Positions 1 through 13,574 are shown, numbered from the whole stretch's first letter. The stretch is DNA of 63,938 nt, filler included, from Octopus bimaculoides (GCF_001194135.2; 6 parts of 6 records of this genome joined end to end with filler, not necessarily neighbours in it); one strand, 5' to 3'. Notes: generated from the letters alone by a model not told the origin. Numbers and translations are program-made.

Positions 1-165
1 GTGTTTATGTCTCCGTAACTTAGTGGTTTGGCAAAAAGAGATCGATAGAATAAGTACTAGGCTTACAAAAAATAAGTCCTGGGGTTGATTTGCTCGACTA
101 AAAGGTGGTGCCCCAGCATGGCTACAGTCAAATGACTGAAACAAGTAAAAGAGTAAAGAGAGAGT
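1..165 (+). mobile_element. SINE family A, 3' body/tail
   Basis: Matches the motif recurring throughout the window: ...gatagaataagtactaggcttac...ggtggtgccccagcatggctacagtcaaatgactgaaacaagtaaaagag. Confidence 0.8.
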
Positions 166-204
166 ATAACATTTGACAGATCAATCTGGGTGCTAAAGCG
201 TCAG

Positions 205-660
205 CCTTTTTGATACAACACCATCTAGAACTGACCCTGGTTTTTCATACAAATTTCATGTTTTAAAGTAATCTAAATTAATATCTTCCATCAAAATTTC
301 ATGTTAGTTTATGTTCCAAACAAGATGGTGAGATGGCAGAATGGTTAGCATGCCAGGCAAAATATTCAGCAACATTTTGTCCATCTTTATGTCCTGAGTT
401 CAAGCTCTGGTTCTGCCATGGTTGACTTTGCCTTTCATCCTTTCAGGGTTGATAAAATAAGAACCAGTTGGGCACTGGGGTTAGTGAATTCATCTTATCT
501 CCTCCCCTCAAAACTGCTGGGCTTGTATCAAAATTTGAAAGCAATTTATGTTTCAAACACAAGCTTAACAATAATGAAGTTATTTTACTAAATTTTTTAT
601 TTTTTTTTAATTAATTGAAACAAAGAGGCAGTGTCTTTCAACAGAAATATATTACCAAAT
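205..660 (-). mobile_element. piggyBac-like MITE fragment interrupted by a SINE
   Basis: Reverse complement resembles the element at 8579-8760 (aaattttgatggaag...ttagattactttaaaac...tgtatcaaaaag); split by the 326-545 SINE. Confidence 0.5.
326..545 (+). mobile_element. SINE family B (tRNA-like head, gactttgcctttcatcctttc core) with TSD
   Basis: Head gagatggcagaatggttagcatgcc...gagttcaa and core ttgactttgcctttcatcctttcaggg; flanked by tttatgttccaaaca / tttatgtttcaaaca. Confidence 0.8.
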
Positions 661-861
661 TGATGTACCCCAAATTCTCTCTGATCTAGCAGATCTATTT
701 ATGAAAGTCATTCAAGCCTTTAGCAACACTTGTTTTTAAGTAATGACAATATTATCCATTATGTCTTTTTTTTTTTAAGATAGTATGATGTAGTTTGAGT
801 GAGATTAAACCATTATTTCTACCATGTTAAACAATCCATCCCTTGTTTGCTTATCGTTCAT

Positions 862-1445
862 CTTTTACTTGTTTCAGTCACTAGACTGTGGCCATGCTGG
901 GGCACTGTCTTGAAGAATTTTAATCATATGAATCGATACTGGTGCTTATTCTTTGAAGCCTGGTACTTATTCTATCAGTCTCGTATGCCAATCCACTAAA
1001 TTATGGCAATTAAAAGACACCAACACTGGTTGTCAAGCAGTATATGTACTATCATCATTTAGTGTCCATTTTCCATGCTGGCATGGGTTAGATGGTTTAC
1101 CTGGAACTGGTGATCCAGAGGGCTGCATTAAGCCCTAGTCTTTCTGGCTTGGTTTCTATGGCTGGATGCCCTTCAAAACACCAACCATTCCACAGAGTGT
1201 ACCAGATGCCTGTTATGTCTCACTGGCATGGGTACCTTTAATGAGTCACTGGCACATATGCCTATTATGTGTCACTGACAATGGACTACGTTCAGTTTTC
1301 ATCTCCCAAATTCACTCACAAGGCTTTTGTCAACTTGAGGTTATAGTGGAAGACACTTGCCAAAGGTGCCACACAAAGGGATTGAACCTGAAACCATGTA
1401 GTTGTGAAGCAGACCTTCTCAAAAACCTTACCTTGCATATATGCC
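862..1445 (-). mobile_element. Nested cluster: SINE-A tail, RTE-type 3' tail, SINE-A head
   Basis: ttttacttgtttcagtc... (862-1050); ttccatgctggcatgggttagatgg... (1058-1280); cactcacaaggc...gaagacacttgccaaagg...tgaacctgaaaccatgt (1285-1445). Confidence 0.75.
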
Positions 1446-1775
1446 CATGTATACCGTTTACTTATATTTACTTACAACTGCAGTTTAGGGAATCTAATCC
1501 TTCATTATACAAAGAAATATATATTTGTCCATCCATAGCAACTGTTATTTATTTATTCATTTATCCATTTATTTATCCATTTATTTAGTTTAATTTGCTA
1601 GATTAAAATACTAAACAATTTTTCAGGATTTCAAGCTGGGGATTAAAAAAATTGTGAATACCTATTAACTAAAAATTTCTTCTGAATGGCTTTTTGTCAA
1701 GAGAAAAATTTTATTTTCTTAAGTAATTGTAAAGAAGGAAAACAAAGTTAAAAATAAACTATACATCATTTAAAA

Positions 1776-1988
1776 CAATGGTTCTCAACGAAGGTCCATT
1801 TTGGCCTTGGGGGTCCATATAAGATTTTATTAAAATTTATCTGCAATAAATTAGTTATACGTCTACAATACAACAATTTAACAATTCTTTTATACAATTC
1901 CTAATAATATTTTTAAATACTAAGGGGCCATCCAAGTAAAATAAGAATCAAAAGGGTCCATTGACAAAAAAATGTTTGAGACGCACTT
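1776..1988. mobile_element. hAT-like MITE
   Basis: Degenerate TIRs caatggttctcaac...tttgagacgcactt and a perfect 8-bp TSD atttaaaa (1768-1775 and 1989-1996). Confidence 0.75.
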
Positions 1989-2406
1989 ATTTAAAACTTT
2001 GCTTCTAAACAAAAATGGACAGGCTTATTTAACAGCTTAGAAGGATGCTGCATTCAAACCAACAGCTCTACTTCCCAAATAAATAGATCTTTATGATAGA
2101 AATAATAAAAGTTGAAACTTTTCACCATCATCCACCAACAAACAAAAGCTATATCTGATTTATTATCATGTTTTGTCGATTTCATTGTTATGCCCTTAGT
2201 GGCACTATAAAATCATCAGTGAATATAATATTGATGTATCTTCTTACAACTAGTTTAACAATATAGCTACATAGGAGGTATGTTATGATCTCTGAATCAA
2301 TGTTCTGAACTGGTTATGGAATACCACATCTGTATGTATGCATTTATGTATATATAAAGATATATATATACGTATATAATATATTTATATATGGATATAT
2401 ATTTAT

Positions 2407-2441
<35 letters not shown>

Positions 2442-2855
2442 NNNNNNNNNNNNNNNNNNNNNNNNNNNNNNNNNNNNNNNNNNNNNNNNNNNNNNNNNNN
2501 NNNNNNNNNNNNNNNNNNNNNNNNNNNNNNNNNNNNNNNNNNNNNNNNNNNNNNNNNNNNNNNNNNNNNNNNNNNNNNNNNNNNNNNNNNNNNNNNNNNN
2601 NNNNNNNNNNNNNNNNNNNNNNNNNNNNNNNNNNNNNNNNNNNNNNNNNNNNNNNNNNNNNNNNNNNNNNNNNNNNNNNNNNNNNNNNNNNNNNNNNNNN
2701 NNNNNNNNNNNNNNNNNNNNNNNNNNNNNNNNNNNNNNNNNNNNNNNNNNNNNNNNNNNNNNNNNNNNNNNNNNNNNNNNNNNNNNNNNNNNNNNNNNNN
2801 NNNNNNNNNNNNNNNNNNNNNNNNNNNNNNNNNNNNNNNNNNNNNNNNNNNNNNN

Positions 2856-2886
<31 letters not shown>

Positions 2887-2888
<2 letters not shown>

Positions 2889-3423
2889 ATTGCCCTGAGA
2901 GAAAAATTGGACATAAAAAGTATCAAATGTGGTGTGCAAGAGACACAACTGCACTGGTATGGTCATGTGTTATGTATAGATAAGAACAGCTGTGTGAAAA
3001 AGAGCTACTCCCTAACTGTGGAAGGAACCTGTGGAACAGGTAGACTCAGGAAGACATGCGATGAAGTGGTGAATCATGACCTTTGAATATTGGGCCTCAT
3101 GGAGGCAATGACAAGAGACCGAGACCTTTGGAAATATGCTGTGATTGAGAAGACCTGGCAACTAAAGTGAGATCGCACACATGCATGTCCGGCCCAGTTA
3201 AGAGTACCCCTCATGTGTTGAGTGATATTGATATGCTTGAGAAGACCTGTTGAGTCAAGAAAAACCAATATCGTAGCTGTGACCATGGCACCCTGACTGG
3301 CTCCCGTGCCGGTGGCATGTTAAAAGCACCATCCAAATATGGTGAATACCAGAAGTCCCTCATTGGGTCCCGTGCAAGTGGCACATAAAAAAAGCACCAT
3401 CTGAACGTGGCTGATGCCAGTAC
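2887..3423 (+). mobile_element. RTE-clade LINE 3' fragment (ORF2 C-terminus plus 3' UTR)
   Basis: Translates as LREKLDIKSIKCGVQETQLHWYGHVLCIDKNSCVKKSYSLTVEGTCGTGRLRKTCDEVVNHDL*ILGLMEAMTRDRDLWKYAV, the typical RTE WYGHV...GRPRKTW...DRDLW C-terminus; repeated gtggcac..aaaagcacc UTR units follow. Confidence 0.85.
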
Positions 3424-3848
3424 CCTGGTTATTATCAGTGATAATGGTGAACCCATAGCTAAACCCTCTTCTTGTTGATATATATCAGTGTCCATTCTAA
3501 AGTAGGTAGTTTCTTCACAGAAGGTCAACATTTCCATCAAGTTTCCTATTGGTATACTAGTGAGTTCTTTTAGATAGATGTCTGTCGCCAGTTTGTTTTT
3601 AATCACCGACAGTGCTTCATCAGTTGAGACTTTGGTGAACAGACTTATCACATCTAGACTAATCATCTGGTTGGATTCAGTGGGGGTATCTTTGATAAAT
3701 TCTGTGAAGTGGACGGAATTCTTCACATATGATGTTGACTTTCCTGTTAATGGACTGATTATATCCACAAGGAACCAGCTCAGTAGATGACTTGCTGAAC
3801 CTCTACAGCTCACTATAGATCATAATGGAATACCATCCTTGTGATGAT
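3423..3848 (-). mobile_element. Penelope-like element reverse transcriptase fragment
   Basis: KDGIPL*SIVSCRGS...YVKNSVHF...MISLDVISLFTKV...FRMDTDIYQQEEGLAMGSPLS: PLE RT motifs (PLRPIVS, SLDVxSLFT, GLAMGSPLS). Confidence 0.9.
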
Positions 3849-3990
3849 AACATTGTGCTGAGAACAAACAAGATGAGGACAAATATCCGTCAAATGTAAA
3901 TAATGTATATAATTCCTCATCTCTCAAATTTAGAACAGAAGAGGTATTCTTTTTGCTCTAGAAAAGTTACACAGCTACCTACATTATAAA
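3849..3990 (+). mobile_element. Penelope pseudo-LTR end in inverted orientation to the RT fragment
   Basis: aacattgtg...aacaaacaagatgaggacaaatatccgtcaaatgtaaataatg abuts the RT fragment where its homology ends; I recognise it as a pLTR-type tail (inference). Confidence 0.45.
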
Positions 3991-4060
3991 ATAAAAGATG
4001 GGAGTGTCCAAATTGACGCTGGAAAGAGATAAAAATAGTGGTGATGTGTCAAGGCAGACA

Positions 4061-4973
4061 CATCAGCCTCATTCTTTAATGTCCTCTTTCCCACATGTCT
4101 ACATGTGAGTTGGAATAGGAGAACAGAAAGTGTAAGTGGATAGCGGTTACAACAGTGCATGGAAGAGTGAGATATAGTTAGAGATGGTGAATGGGAGGGT
4201 GAATATAATGAAGAACAAATGTTGACGGGTGATAAGAAAAGTAGGTAACAATTGTAAAAACAATTGAGTTTGGTTGAGTGGTGGCCAATGATACATATGA
4301 ATTGGGGAAAAATAGAAGAAAGGAGATGACTTGCAGTGAAGAAAAATGTGGAGATGAAGAGTAACAGAATAATAGTAAGACCAGAATATGCAGAACGCCT
4401 TTCTTGTTTTCTAAGATTAGTGAGGGTTATTTGTTATAGTTTTGTTTACTTTCTATTTACCAAATACTGGTCACAAGTTATTGGTTAACTCAAGGCTATA
4501 GTAGAAGATATTTGGCCAGTGCCTGTGCAGTGAAATTGAACCTAGAATCTGATCGTTAGTTGTGAAACATGTTTCTTAACTACACAACCATACCTGCACC
4601 TATTAAAAAGAAGATATTTGGCCAGTGCCTGTGCAGTGAAATTGAACCTAGAATCTGATCGTTAGTTGTGAAACATGTTTCTTAACTACACAACCATACC
4701 AGCACCTATTAAAAGTGTGATGTGTCAAGCATTTTATTGGACACACTGTCAGGAAATATAAGTTATAAACTTATGAACTGTGTTATCATGTGATAAATAT
4801 GAGATTCAGCATATATCAAACAAAACTTTTACAGCTATTCTTAGATATTTGTACATATTTGTATGTAATTTATTCATATTGACTGATACTTAAAACGATG
4901 TATGTGTGCATATAAACGCATATATGTGCATGTAGACATGTGGGAAAGAGGACATTAAAGAATGAGGCTGATG
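4061..4973. repeat. Perfect 45-bp inverted repeat pair (4061-4105 / 4929-4973)
   Basis: catcagcctcattctttaatgtcctctttcccacatgtctacatg and its exact reverse complement. Confidence 0.95.
4503..4715 (-). repeat. 106-bp tandem duplication of a SINE-A head
   Basis: gaagatatttggccagtgcc...cacctattaaaa at 4504 and 4610, one mismatch. Confidence 0.9.
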
Positions 4974-7099
4974 ATGATATGTATATGATATACACGATAC
5001 CTACATACACACATACACATATGTATATATACATATATATGTGTGTGTGTGTGTGATATGGTATATATATGTTGATATGTGTGTGTGATATGGTATATAT
5101 AAATATAAATGATGATGATATATATATATACATACATTCACTATCTATCTATCTATCTAACTTCACAATATATTTACATGTTCGTTGTGCATGTATATTT
5201 ATTGGGATATTTCTTTTTGACCAAATGAAGATAATTTGAGGGAAAGAATGCTTGTGTATGAGTGTATATTTATGTATGTGTGTGCATATGTGTATGTTTG
5301 AAAAAGAGATAAAGAGTGAAAAGAATGAGTGTGTATCATGTATGTGCTTCTGCAAGAGGAGGATATGTGAATAACATCAGCTTCTCCAAGAAAGTGAAAA
5401 TGCAGAGAGTCAGAGAGACAGATAGAGACAGAGAAATAGAGAGAAGGGGGAGACAGAGAAAGAAAGAATGAAGGCGAGAGAGGGGAGGGAGAGAGAGAGA
5501 AAGAGACTTTCCACACTCCAGCTGAGAAATTTGTTTCCTCTGTATTTATTTTATGACTTTTTTTTGTGAGCAAGGGTGTGCTATTTTTCTTAAATAAGAA
5601 AGAAATAGCTTATTTTTGCTTTATTATGAACCATAGTATTTATAATGTCAGAAATCTATTCGAACCAATGATTAATCATAGCAATAATTTGTGAAGGGTT
5701 TTCAGATACAAGCTAAATAAAAGCAAAAACAAAATTAATAAATAAAATATATAACATAACTAATTTATCAAAAGTTAAAACAAAAACGAAACAAAAATTC
5801 CTCCACAAATCCAAGCCTGTTGAACCATAGTAACTTGTTGATCTAAAATACTAGATGCCATATCTACACTCCAATGATTTATTCTAAAAACAAGAAGAAA
5901 TTTCTTCAGAATGAAATATAAAATATTATAAAATATAATAAAATGAGTGGAAAAAATGGCAGTTTGAATTCATCTAATTTATTTTGGAAAATTGTTATTC
6001 TGTGTTATATTTTTATTTTGACTTATTTTTGATAGAATATTAGTTATGTATGTTTTGTATTTTATATACATTTTATATGTATTTTATATATATTTGATAT
6101 TTTAGCTTGTTTTGATAAAATGATGCTTTTTAATTCGTATTTTATATTTTAATATTTTGATGTATTTTTCTATTTTCTATTTTATGTTTTGATTTATTTT
6201 GATAAAATCTTATTTTTTTAAAATTTATTTTATATTTTTGAACTTATTTTGGCAATTTTTTTTTTTATATCTTATATTTTAACTTATTTTGGTAAAATGC
6301 TATTTTTTCATTCATATCTTGTATTTTAAGATTTGAAAACATGCTATTTCTTTAAATATTTTTCACTTTACTGTATTTTAAGAAATGCTATTTAAAATAA
6401 TTTTTTAAAATCATTTTAGTATCAGCTTTATATTTATTCAAATAATTATCATTTTCCAATTAGTTTTATTCTCTTTCTTCTCTTAAATTTAACATAAAGC
6501 TCATTGAATATAGACATTCTTTTATTGTTTTGAATCATTGTTTGTTATTTTTATTTGAGGAAGAAGGATTTTACTTCTACTTTCAAATGGTGCTGTTTTC
6601 CAGCCTTCTCATTGGTTTAGATCAACTGAACCTGTGTCATATAGATAAACATTAATCTCTCATAGTTAATTCACTTGCTTAGAGGAAGGAATTAACTTTT
6701 GTAAATAGCATTCAATGCATCACCTTTTCACTTAATTAGCTAAACTCATAGGAATTACCAATTTCAGTTAAATTTCCTTCGCAAATTTTATTTCTATTTA
6801 TACAAATTATACTAGCCAAAAATTAATTGTAACCTTTTTTATTTGTACAAATCTACATCAGTTGATCAACAAGCTTGAATAGACCAGCAGCTCACCCATA
6901 GATAAATGCCAATAAAAAATATAAAATGAAAAAAGCATTAGCATAATTTTATGCTCCTTTTCTCATTATTAATGAGATGAGAAAGGATTTTTCATCCAAA
7001 TAATTATTTTTTCTTCACCATGGTATTGGATAAGCTTAAAATCATTTAAAACTATTTAACTTTATTGAATATAGCAGTTTGTCAGCCTGAATTTTGACA

Positions 7100-8050
7100 A
7101 ATTGGGGCTTTTCATGAACAACAGTGTGTTAGACCAATCAAGAGCAACCTGCAGTCTGCAGGACTCTCTGAATGGCACACCACCAAAAAATTATCTTGAA
7201 TTCTTTTTTAATAATGCAGCCCACCTTAAGATGAGTTGTGTCTTATGCAACCTGCTTCCCAAACAAGGTTACTCATGCCTGTGTTGGATGTTACTATGTT
7301 GATGGGGTCTAATATTCTTTTATTCTTTTACTTTTTTCAGTCATTTGACAGCAGCCATGCTGGAGCACTGCCTGGAAGGGTTTTAGTTGAACAAATCGAT
7401 CCCAGAACATCTCTTTAGTCTAGTATTTATTCTATCAGTCTCCTTTGCTGAACCACAAGGTTACATGGATGTAAACATACCAACATCGGTTGTCAAACAC
7501 ACACACACATGATGGGCTTCTTTTAGTTTCAATGTACCAAGTCCACTCACTAGGCTTTGGTTGGCATGAGGCTATAATAGAAGACACTTGCCCAAGATGC
7601 CATTCAGTGAGACTGAAACCGGAACCATGTGGTTGAGAACCAAGCTTCCTACCATACAGCTACGCTTGCACCCAGTATGTCAAAATCTTTATGTTGTTGT
7701 CCTGTGTGTACAAGCAATGGCCAAACATTTCTCTCTTGATCATGTTGATAATCAGTTGACCAGGTGCTCTGACATCTGACCAGTGTTCCAACCATGCACT
7801 GTAATTTTTACTGTGCTGCATTTTGTCAATGACTACATTATCCAGTATATTCTTTATTCAAAAAAATTAGTATGGTGAAATTTAACTGTTAATTCTTTGG
7901 GGCTAAGTAAGTTCATAAATACTCATCACCAGCACTTTGTTGCTTTTGTGTAAACCAAGAGTGAGCAACTTGTATTGAAGAGTTCTTTGTCCTGAGAGTA
8001 GATCCTTCTTTCCTGTTAAACCAAGTCTCCACCTAATTGAGAATCATACT
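7100..8050 (-). mobile_element. Old decayed RTE-clade LINE ORF2 remnant, split by a SINE
   Basis: WFNRKEGSTLRTK and SAWLEHWSDVRAPGQLI...QDNNIKIL resemble RTE VWNRKGISLRTKLKVY and WLGHV.RM.D.R.PKQLL motifs, with frameshifts. Confidence 0.5.
7318..7674 (-). mobile_element. SINE family A, near full length (head + CA tract + tail)
   Basis: Tail ttttcagtcatttgacagcagccatgctggagcac, internal acacacacac, head ...aaccatgtggttgagaaccaagcttcctaccatacagctacgcttgcaccc. Confidence 0.85.
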
Positions 8051-8578
8051 GTTCAATCTAGTATGAAGCAGTGAATTATATGATTTGAAATATAATAGGC
8101 TGGTCATGCTGTGCTCTCTTCATTGCCCCCACACTAGCTAGTGGTAGACCAAAGCTTACTACTAAAGATCAACCTCATTCTCTCTCCAACGATGGAACTG
8201 ATTGTTAGTTCTCTCTTAAGATGGAATAAAATGCTACTATATAGATAGCTTATTTTCATTTGAAGGGAAATACACCATACACACATTTATTCTTGAAACA
8301 GCTGTAGGAGAGTATTTGCTCACCTTCTTACTTTCTTTTTATCTGCTCTATTGTAGCAACTCAGCAATTACGTTTAAATACATAGCAACTATAATCCAAA
8401 CCAATGCCAGTTATTTGCCTGTTCATTCTTTCATTCTTCACTGCCCTGTGTATTTCTGTAAGCCCACAGATTTTTGTGGTAGTTGCAACAGAAATGAATA
8501 AAGTGATGATAGAGATATTAGTGTTATTGCTGCTGCGCAACATGCCAAATCTGCCTCTGATCAAGCAATATTCTCTGA

Positions 8579-8760
8579 TTAACCCTTTTGTTACCAAATT
8601 TATGTTTAAATACACTGTCATTGCTTAAATTAATTTGTAAAATAATAGAAAAATAAAATAACAAATTAACATGAAATTTTGAAGGAAAGTTTTAATTTAG
8701 ATCACTTTAAAACAAAGAATTTGTATCATAAAACCAAGCAGTAGGTTGGTATCAAAAGGA
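8579..8760 (+). mobile_element. piggyBac-like MITE
   Basis: Begins TTAA-CCCTTTTGTTACC and ends ggttggtatcaaaagg (degenerate CCCT...AGGG TIR); related to 205-660. Confidence 0.55.
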
Positions 8761-11700
8761 ACATTTCAGCTATGTGACCTCCTCATCTACTATCATTATT
8801 CAATTTGTTTTTACATTTTTTCTGACACTCGGGTGTAGTTTATAGGGTATTTAGCTAATGCAGTAATTTATCAAGTCGATCCACCAAATATGGTAAGGAC
8901 GGGCATCACCTCCTTGTAGAAGAAATTTTGCTGTCTTTCAATTTGAAATCACCCAATGAAAACGTTTTTAAAAACCTATAATAAAATGTGGCTTAAGCTT
9001 CAAGGCCAAAACAGCAATTTAATTATAAATAGCACAGCTAAGAATTTGTAACATTAAAGATTCACTATTTTTCTCATAATAAATGTCACTCCACAAGTTC
9101 CTCTGTACTTGCAATTCAGTCTTGCTGCTTAAATATTTCTCACCCTCAACACAGAAACTCAAGAATTCCCTCAGTAACTAATACTCAGACATGTTTTTTA
9201 AAGTTCACAGAACAATCATTTTAAAGTTATTTCTATTTTAAATTTTTCAACTTTCTTTTCTTAAAAAAATTATCGTACTTAAGAATATCAATCAATTGCC
9301 AAACAATTAATTACAAGATTTTCAATTAATGTTGGAAAAACAAGTTTTTTCCCTGTTTTACTTTCAGGCTAGCATGAGTAGAAAATGTTTTCAGAAGCAT
9401 GGTTGCATGTTCTAACAACCAAGTACCCTTCCTATTGCTAAATAATCACCTATAAAAGAGGAAACAAGGGTTTGTTTTCTTAGACTGGTAAAATGAAGCA
9501 AATACAATTCACTATAAAACTGTTGTGGACAGCATCAACAAGTATCAATCCAACAAAAAGCAAACAACAAAATACACATGTATGCTGTTGCATGGCAAAG
9601 AAATGTTTCCAATTAAAGGCTTTTGCTGAAAATGTTAGAGACATCCTCTCCTTAAGGTATGCTAACATGTTTTCATATTTTTGGTTTTTTCATGAAGCTG
9701 ATACAAGCTGGACTAAGTGCATTGCTCATGGGCACAACATGATGGTTTCAGTGAGGATTTGAATTCAATTAAATTAAATTCAGTAAAATTGCATAATTTG
9801 ACAGATGCTTCACTGGCTGCTTGAAATGGCAATAAAATTTCTGTCATGTTATAATTCTATTTTTATTTTGAATTTATTGATTTTTACTTTTTGTTTTTCA
9901 TTTTAATATTCTTAATATTTATTTACAAACAAATGGAGAAATTACAAGCTTCTTCAAATTCTGCGTCAGTTATATGAAAAGACCTTAATTACTATATGGG
10001 TGCAGGAATAGCTGTTGTGAAAGTTTACTCCATAATCAAATAGTTCCAAGTTCAACATCACTTCATACTGTATGTTTTTTTGTCATAGGCCTCAGCTTAC
10101 TGCAAGCATTACAAGACAAATTTGGGAAAGTGTGCGGAAGCTTCTCACCTAGAAAGTATGTGCTATTGTGTGACGGGCTTAATCTGGTGCTGAGATTAAC
10201 TGCAGATCAACCTGGCTCTTTTTTAATTTGCTAGGTTTGGGGAAAGAGGCAGTGTCCATCACCTCACTGACTCTTTGAGACTGTCAGTTTATGCCATTAA
10301 TTTTCTGCTTTATCTGTTGCAATTTGACAGCAACAGGAAAGACTTAAGCATGGATTGAATTCTAGAGAGCCAACATTCTAGGAGGAATGCCATGTGTAGT
10401 GGATAGAGTGGGGCTTATATAGTAGACATAACATGGGTTATGAAAAGAGGAGAGATAAGTGGCTCAGGAGCACCAGAGATGTGGTACAAGACCAAGAGCA
10501 GAGGCTGATATTTTAGTGGTGGGTCCTTTTAATAGACTTTATTCTGTTGCTGGTTTTCTCACCAAGTTTGAAGATAAGATAACCCAATAGCTTATGCACT
10601 ACTCTTCCAACCTGTAGATACTGGTTTCTTTCCCACTCATTCTAACTAAAGCCAGGAACTCTGCAATAGGTTATTTATACTGCTCTTTCTTTTCTGACTA
10701 AGCCATATACAAATACTTCCATTATTAGGAAACCATTTAGCTTAATGAAGCAACTTTGGTCTTCCACCTCATTTTAACAATCTCACTTGCTTGTTTATCT
10801 AATTAGAAGCATAATTTGACAGTTTTGAATGTGGCTACATAGACAATATATACTTGGCATGTGTAATTATATACAAGAAGATAATTACCGTAAATATATC
10901 ACTACATCAAATAAATTTACCTTTGAAAATGTTGTCTTTGGCTACAAATACCTAAATTTTTAAACTGCATATAATATATGTACACAGGTGCATGCATACT
11001 CACATACTCACCTGCATGTGTGGAAATATACATTCACACACACAAAGAAATTTACATGTGAATTTTGTGTATGTCATTTTCATTCAACTGGGAATGGCTA
11101 TTTATTTGTTAGAAATAGCAGTTATAATATATATTACACACCTCATTTGGATACTTCATGTTCGTTTCTTTGGAAACTTAGCAATTTAATAAAATTCACA
11201 CTCTACTTATACATGTAGATTGTATAGTAAAATAAAAGGATTCTAATATAAAATGCAACAATTATAAAAAAGTTTAGTCATATTTAAACAATATTCAAGA
11301 CTAGAACTCTTACAAAATTTTCTCTGTAATCATGTAATGTGCACACTATAGCTGCTAGATCTTCATTAATATACTCCTGCAGTTTTAAATGAAAAACCAC
11401 ATATTTCACTATTCAAATTTTAAGACTGCAACCTCATTAAAAATGATGATGTTGACAGCTAAAATAGCAATGAAGTTCAAGTCGCAGATAATAAATCTTC
11501 TAGGTGCTGCTTAAACAAAGCTTCAACTAACTACATTTTCTCATTTCACACACTACTGTCTTAAAGTATAGCCAACCCTCTAAAAAATGCATACAATAAT
11601 GCAGTGTTACAGTTACTAAAATGAAATAAAAATTTAATAGTTAGATCTATATCACCTTAGATTATAGGACTATTTGATCAAGGCAGTGTTGGGGTAAAAT

Positions 11701-12978
11701 AAAAATGATGACTAACAATTGACTATGCCTGTGTCATAGATTAGTTTAAGGAAATATTAGTGTTGGTGTACTTAATGTAGTAAACCAAGATGCTTTAATT
11801 AATAAATAAATACACTGGTTGGATTAATGATCAATTATGGTCAAGAAAGGCAGGAGACATTACACCAAAATTTGAATTAATGAAAATATCAAAGTTAATT
11901 AAAAAATATTTCAGAGTTGTACTTGATTGCCAAATGACTTGATCTGAGACTGTGTAGAAATTGTAACATCATGGAAAAAAGAACCATTTTAACCATTTAA
12001 GAACTCATAATAAAAAATTATTACATTAACTTTTCATTTATTTATTGAAAATTTTAGTCATACCATTGTACCAGTAACCAAGTAGCAGTGGTATGATGAG
12101 AAGTTTGGCATATAAAGAAATATATGAAAAGTGATATAAAAGATTTTGTGCATTTTTAGATAGCTTCAATAGATTTTCCACGATGTAATTACTTGTTAAA
12201 AGAGAATGTAGTCCATGCATTAAAGAGTGTGTGTCACCTGTAGCACAATGATATTTCCAGGCATGTTTGAATCATATTAGACCTCCTCTTTACTGACTCT
12301 ACCAGACAAAGATTACTTTATAAGATATAGAGACTGTTGTGAATAAATGCGGAGTGTCATGATGATTTAAGATAAGAACCAGGAGAATATTTGCTACATT
12401 CTGATAATATGGATAGGAATAGGAGCTTGAATGTAGAAAATAGATTACACACTAAAGCACCCCATCTAATTGATATATTAATCACTGGAACCTATTTCAC
12501 CAACTTACAAAGTGACAAAGTTTAATTAACCTTAAGAAAAATTGAATATTGCAAACTCATTAAGAACAAATTAACGCTTGAAATATGATACATCTTCAAT
12601 ATAGAATTTCCATCATGTTTAAACATCTGTGGAGTAGAATGAAATCTTACAATAAATATGGAAATGTAAGATGCTGGATGCTAATTTCTAATTAAATTCT
12701 TATCATGTTCACTTTCTAATAATTATTTCCATTCAATTAACATTTCTCAAAGATTTATTAAATCTGCTGTAGGACATCAAATGTGATCAGTGAACTTGAC
12801 TTGTCATTAAAAACATGTCACTTGGTAGACAATTCTGATAGTGGAATAGCAATCAGTAAAATTGAATTAAGGTTAATATTGATAAAATAATAGTTGCCAT
12901 TGTTGTTGAATTGCCATGAACAAATTTTCTTGTGCAGACCCATTACAAGGAAATAGTTCACCAAATATTTAAAAGTAA

Positions 12979-13097
12979 TTCATCATCATCATCATCGTCA
13001 TCGTCATCGTCATCATCATCATCATCGTCATCGTCATCGTCATCCTCATCATCATCATCATCATCATCACCCTCATCCTCCTCATCCTCATCCTCAT
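12979..13097. repeat. (TCA/TCG/TCC)n trinucleotide tract, the tail of the adjacent RTE-type element
   Basis: Directly visible; abuts tttaacgtccgttttccatgctggcatggg. Confidence 0.95.
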
Positions 13098-13320
13098 CCT
13101 CATCATCATCATCATTTAACGTCCGTTTTCCATGCTGGCATGGGTTGGATGGTTTAACTGAAAGCTGGTGTACTGAGGAGCTGCACCAGGTTCCGATCTG
13201 ATTTGGCAAGGTTTATGTAGCTGGGTGCCCTTCCTAACACCAACCATTCTGAGAGTGTAGTGGATGTTTTTTACGTGCCAGTGGCACAAGTGCTATTGAT
13301 CTGACACCAACATTGGTGTC
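13098..13320 (-). mobile_element. RTE-type 3' end
   Basis: tttaacgtccgttttccatgctggcatgggttggatgg...gggtgcccttcctaacaccaacc...gagagtgtagtgg; same family as 49665 and 53150. Confidence 0.8.
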
Positions 13321-13574
13321 AGATCAACATTTTGTGTTCCAACATTAAAATTTGATGAGTACTACTGATAGTTTGTGTTTCCCGCTTGAGATTGATAGGA
13401 CAGATTTATATGGCAATGTAGTTAGTTTACCGCCATTTCAATTTTGAAGTTTACCTCCATTTCAAAATTAAATATTTCTCTGATTAAAGGTGTTTGGTTA
13501 AATGATTATCTCATGTTTCTAGATTTAGTTTATCGCTAGATAAACTAGACCAATTCTTTTACACTTTTATTATT

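Noticed and set aside
12932-13209. Poly-Ser and poly-Asp/Glu ORFs
   Set aside because: They are the (ATG)n-type tail of an RTE-like element, with no splice context.
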